Positions 62,016 through 64,000 of a stretch of DNA of 64,000 nt are shown one piece after another (the stretch's first letter is position 1; every line of letters starts with the position of its first letter). Origin of the DNA: Eukaryota sp. GEM-RC1 (Eukaryota); the NCBI GenBank assembly GCA_040285855.1, contig JAUFOQ010000006.1, forward strand, positions 496,001-560,000. Direction: 5' to 3'. A model generated the notes under the pieces. It saw nothing but the letters and a program-made list of their open reading frames with translations, was not told the origin of the DNA and searched no databases. A program made the translations under genes and the position numbers.

Positions 62016-62286
62016 CTTCAAACGGTGATATTCCCATTACTACTTATGTAAAACGCAATCCACAACACAGGGCTCAAGCGAGTGATTAAAAAACAGTTCA
62101 GTGCATCTTCATCATGTTGTGAAACAATAAAAATATTTAAATCATCGCAATTGTTTATTTTTGTATTGCAAATACGGCACTTATTATTTATTCTAGTGTA
62201 CTAAAATACGGCAATTATTGATTTTGCTTTATTCAGAGTGCATTAATGTATTAAAATCATTTTTAAACAGCCCTGCTTCAAATATC

Positions 62287-62690
62287 CTAAAAAAGCACCC
62301 TCACGCAAATACCGAGCTTAGGAAAACCCAATTCCACCAATTTTAGAGCTGCAAATGAAGGACGATGAATGGAAAGCTTTTTCGACTCTACCAGCTCTGA
62401 CAAAAACTCTGTACTCAAAGAGTTAAAACGACGACAAAGATCTACCGTGAGCTCAGGAGGTAACCCAAGTAAAAAATGATTGACTTTACCTGCAAAACAA
62501 ACTTGCAAAGTGGCAAAGGATAATTGTTTACCTACATTCAAATTTAACACATTTCTCAACTTTTGATCAAGAGAATCAATTTTTTCTCCAGCATACTCAT
62601 AATTTGAGAGCAATAACCAATAAAGTTTCCAAAAACTTGATACATACCGAAAATAGAAGTTAAAGATGAGACATACATAAATACTGTATA
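62287..62690 (-). mobile_element. CRE-like LINE fragment (post-RT region)
   Basis: LQVCFAGKVNHFL matches LQVCFSGKINHFL of the 3344-4751 element. Confidence 0.75.
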
Positions 62691-64000
62691 AGTTGTGGCA
62701 TCATGTACCAGGGCTATCATACACAAGTACAGAACAACACCGACCAGAGAGACCATCATTTCGATGGCAATCAATTGTTGGTGAGATCAGGGGATGTTTC
62801 CAATTTTTCCTTCCATCATGCGTCTCCTTCTGGCTCTATTGTGTCTTCTTGTGGTCTCACAATGTGCCCTGTATTAAGTTCAGATACACAATCGTTCAAT
62901 ATATCCCATGAACTACATAAAGTCAGGTACAACATGTAAATCAAACAAGCTTTAAATTTACAACAGGTTCCTGGGAAACGCGTCCCGATCAAACTATCCA
63001 AAGATTGAGGTATTCCAACGCAGCCAGTACAGGATCTTTTACTTCGATTACGTATATGGGTAATCAGAGGACGGCAGTGATCCGGTATGGGGATTATGGC
63101 ATCGCGTGTGATGGATGTGGTTGCACAATTGTCCCTGTGTCATCCACCTCTTTCAAGTTGTACTTATCTTGCTAATTTCGTGTTCATACATTGTTCATTT
63201 TTTCTCATCTTACAAAGAGTGTTTCAACATGATTGGGAATGGTTGTGGACATAACCATCATTTAAATCTTTAAAAGACTCATATATGGTTAGCTACTCAA
63301 TTCAGTTTTTTAATCCAACAGAACCGTTTTAAACAGACTATTCTTTTCCAATGCGTTCTTGAAACAAGAAATGGACTTAGACCTGGACTGTTGCGCCAAA
63401 ATCAATTTTAGAAATGCCATGCCCGATGGTGTATGGATTCTGACCGGATTATACACTGGAACTAACAACTTTCTGAAGAGTTTGGTCAACACTTGCATTT
63501 TGTGAAAGACTTAACGTAGTTGTTCATTTGACGTATTCAGTAAATTGAATGATGCCAACAACTGAAAGAGCAAGGATCGTCAGTTGAAATGATATCTACA
63601 AAACTCAATTTTATGTGATGTTATTGTTGTGATATTTAGCATCACAAACACTACTAGTAGGAATGTTAATTAGTTCAGTTCACAAAAATGTTAACTGATC
63701 TGAATCAGTTCATATACTTCCATGAACTGAACTGTACCACACAAACAAATGTTCGTTCCGGTATTGTATTCTATCCGTCTTGATAACCATGTCATATATT
63801 GTTTGATCACATATAATTAGTTAGCCATTGATGTTTGGACATTCATCCAGAGTGTAATCAACAATGTAAGCAAACAAATGATTGGAACATATCTTTTCTT
63901 GGATTGGTACTAGTACGACATGAATCTCATTCTCGACTTGGTTTCCATATGTACTGATACGACTGTTCTGAAGACAGTAACAATATAAAGTGTTTTGTGA

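Larger units (their letters stand above)
60257..62275. mobile_element. Outer hAT-type element of a nested cluster
   Basis: TIR CAGGGCTGT..AAAAAT; imperfect 8-bp TSD CTTTACAT/CTTCAAAT; ACGGCA subterminal motifs at both ends. Confidence 0.6.

Overview
AT-rich, gene-dense eukaryotic DNA from a flagellated protist, inferred from ciliary genes (B9D2, DYNC2LI1, KATNIP), ~30-nt spliceosomal introns and 36-70 bp head-to-head spacers. Single-base indels, mostly in homopolymers, break many conserved genes, so most frameshifts look like long-read errors. 1-22 kb is a duplication mosaic: inverted copies of a RING-kinase-LRR gene and of a lidless Hsp70, a small PH-like family, a 5'-truncated CRE-type LINE and hAT and Tc1/mariner MITEs whose empty sites are visible in the paralogous copies. 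22-58 kb is mostly housekeeping genes plus tRNA-Glu. 58-64 kb is a nested transposon graveyard. Main finding: a ~1160-aa Fanzor1 (eukaryotic TnpB-like RNA-guided nuclease) at 46937-50428 with an intact D-E-D RuvC triad, fused N-terminally to a degenerate PolB-type 3'-5' exonuclease domain and C-terminally to two CCHC zinc knuckles. A candidate structured omegaRNA and a perfect 20-nt palindrome follow it, just upstream of CCT1. All protein calls rest on motif recognition by eye, not database searches.
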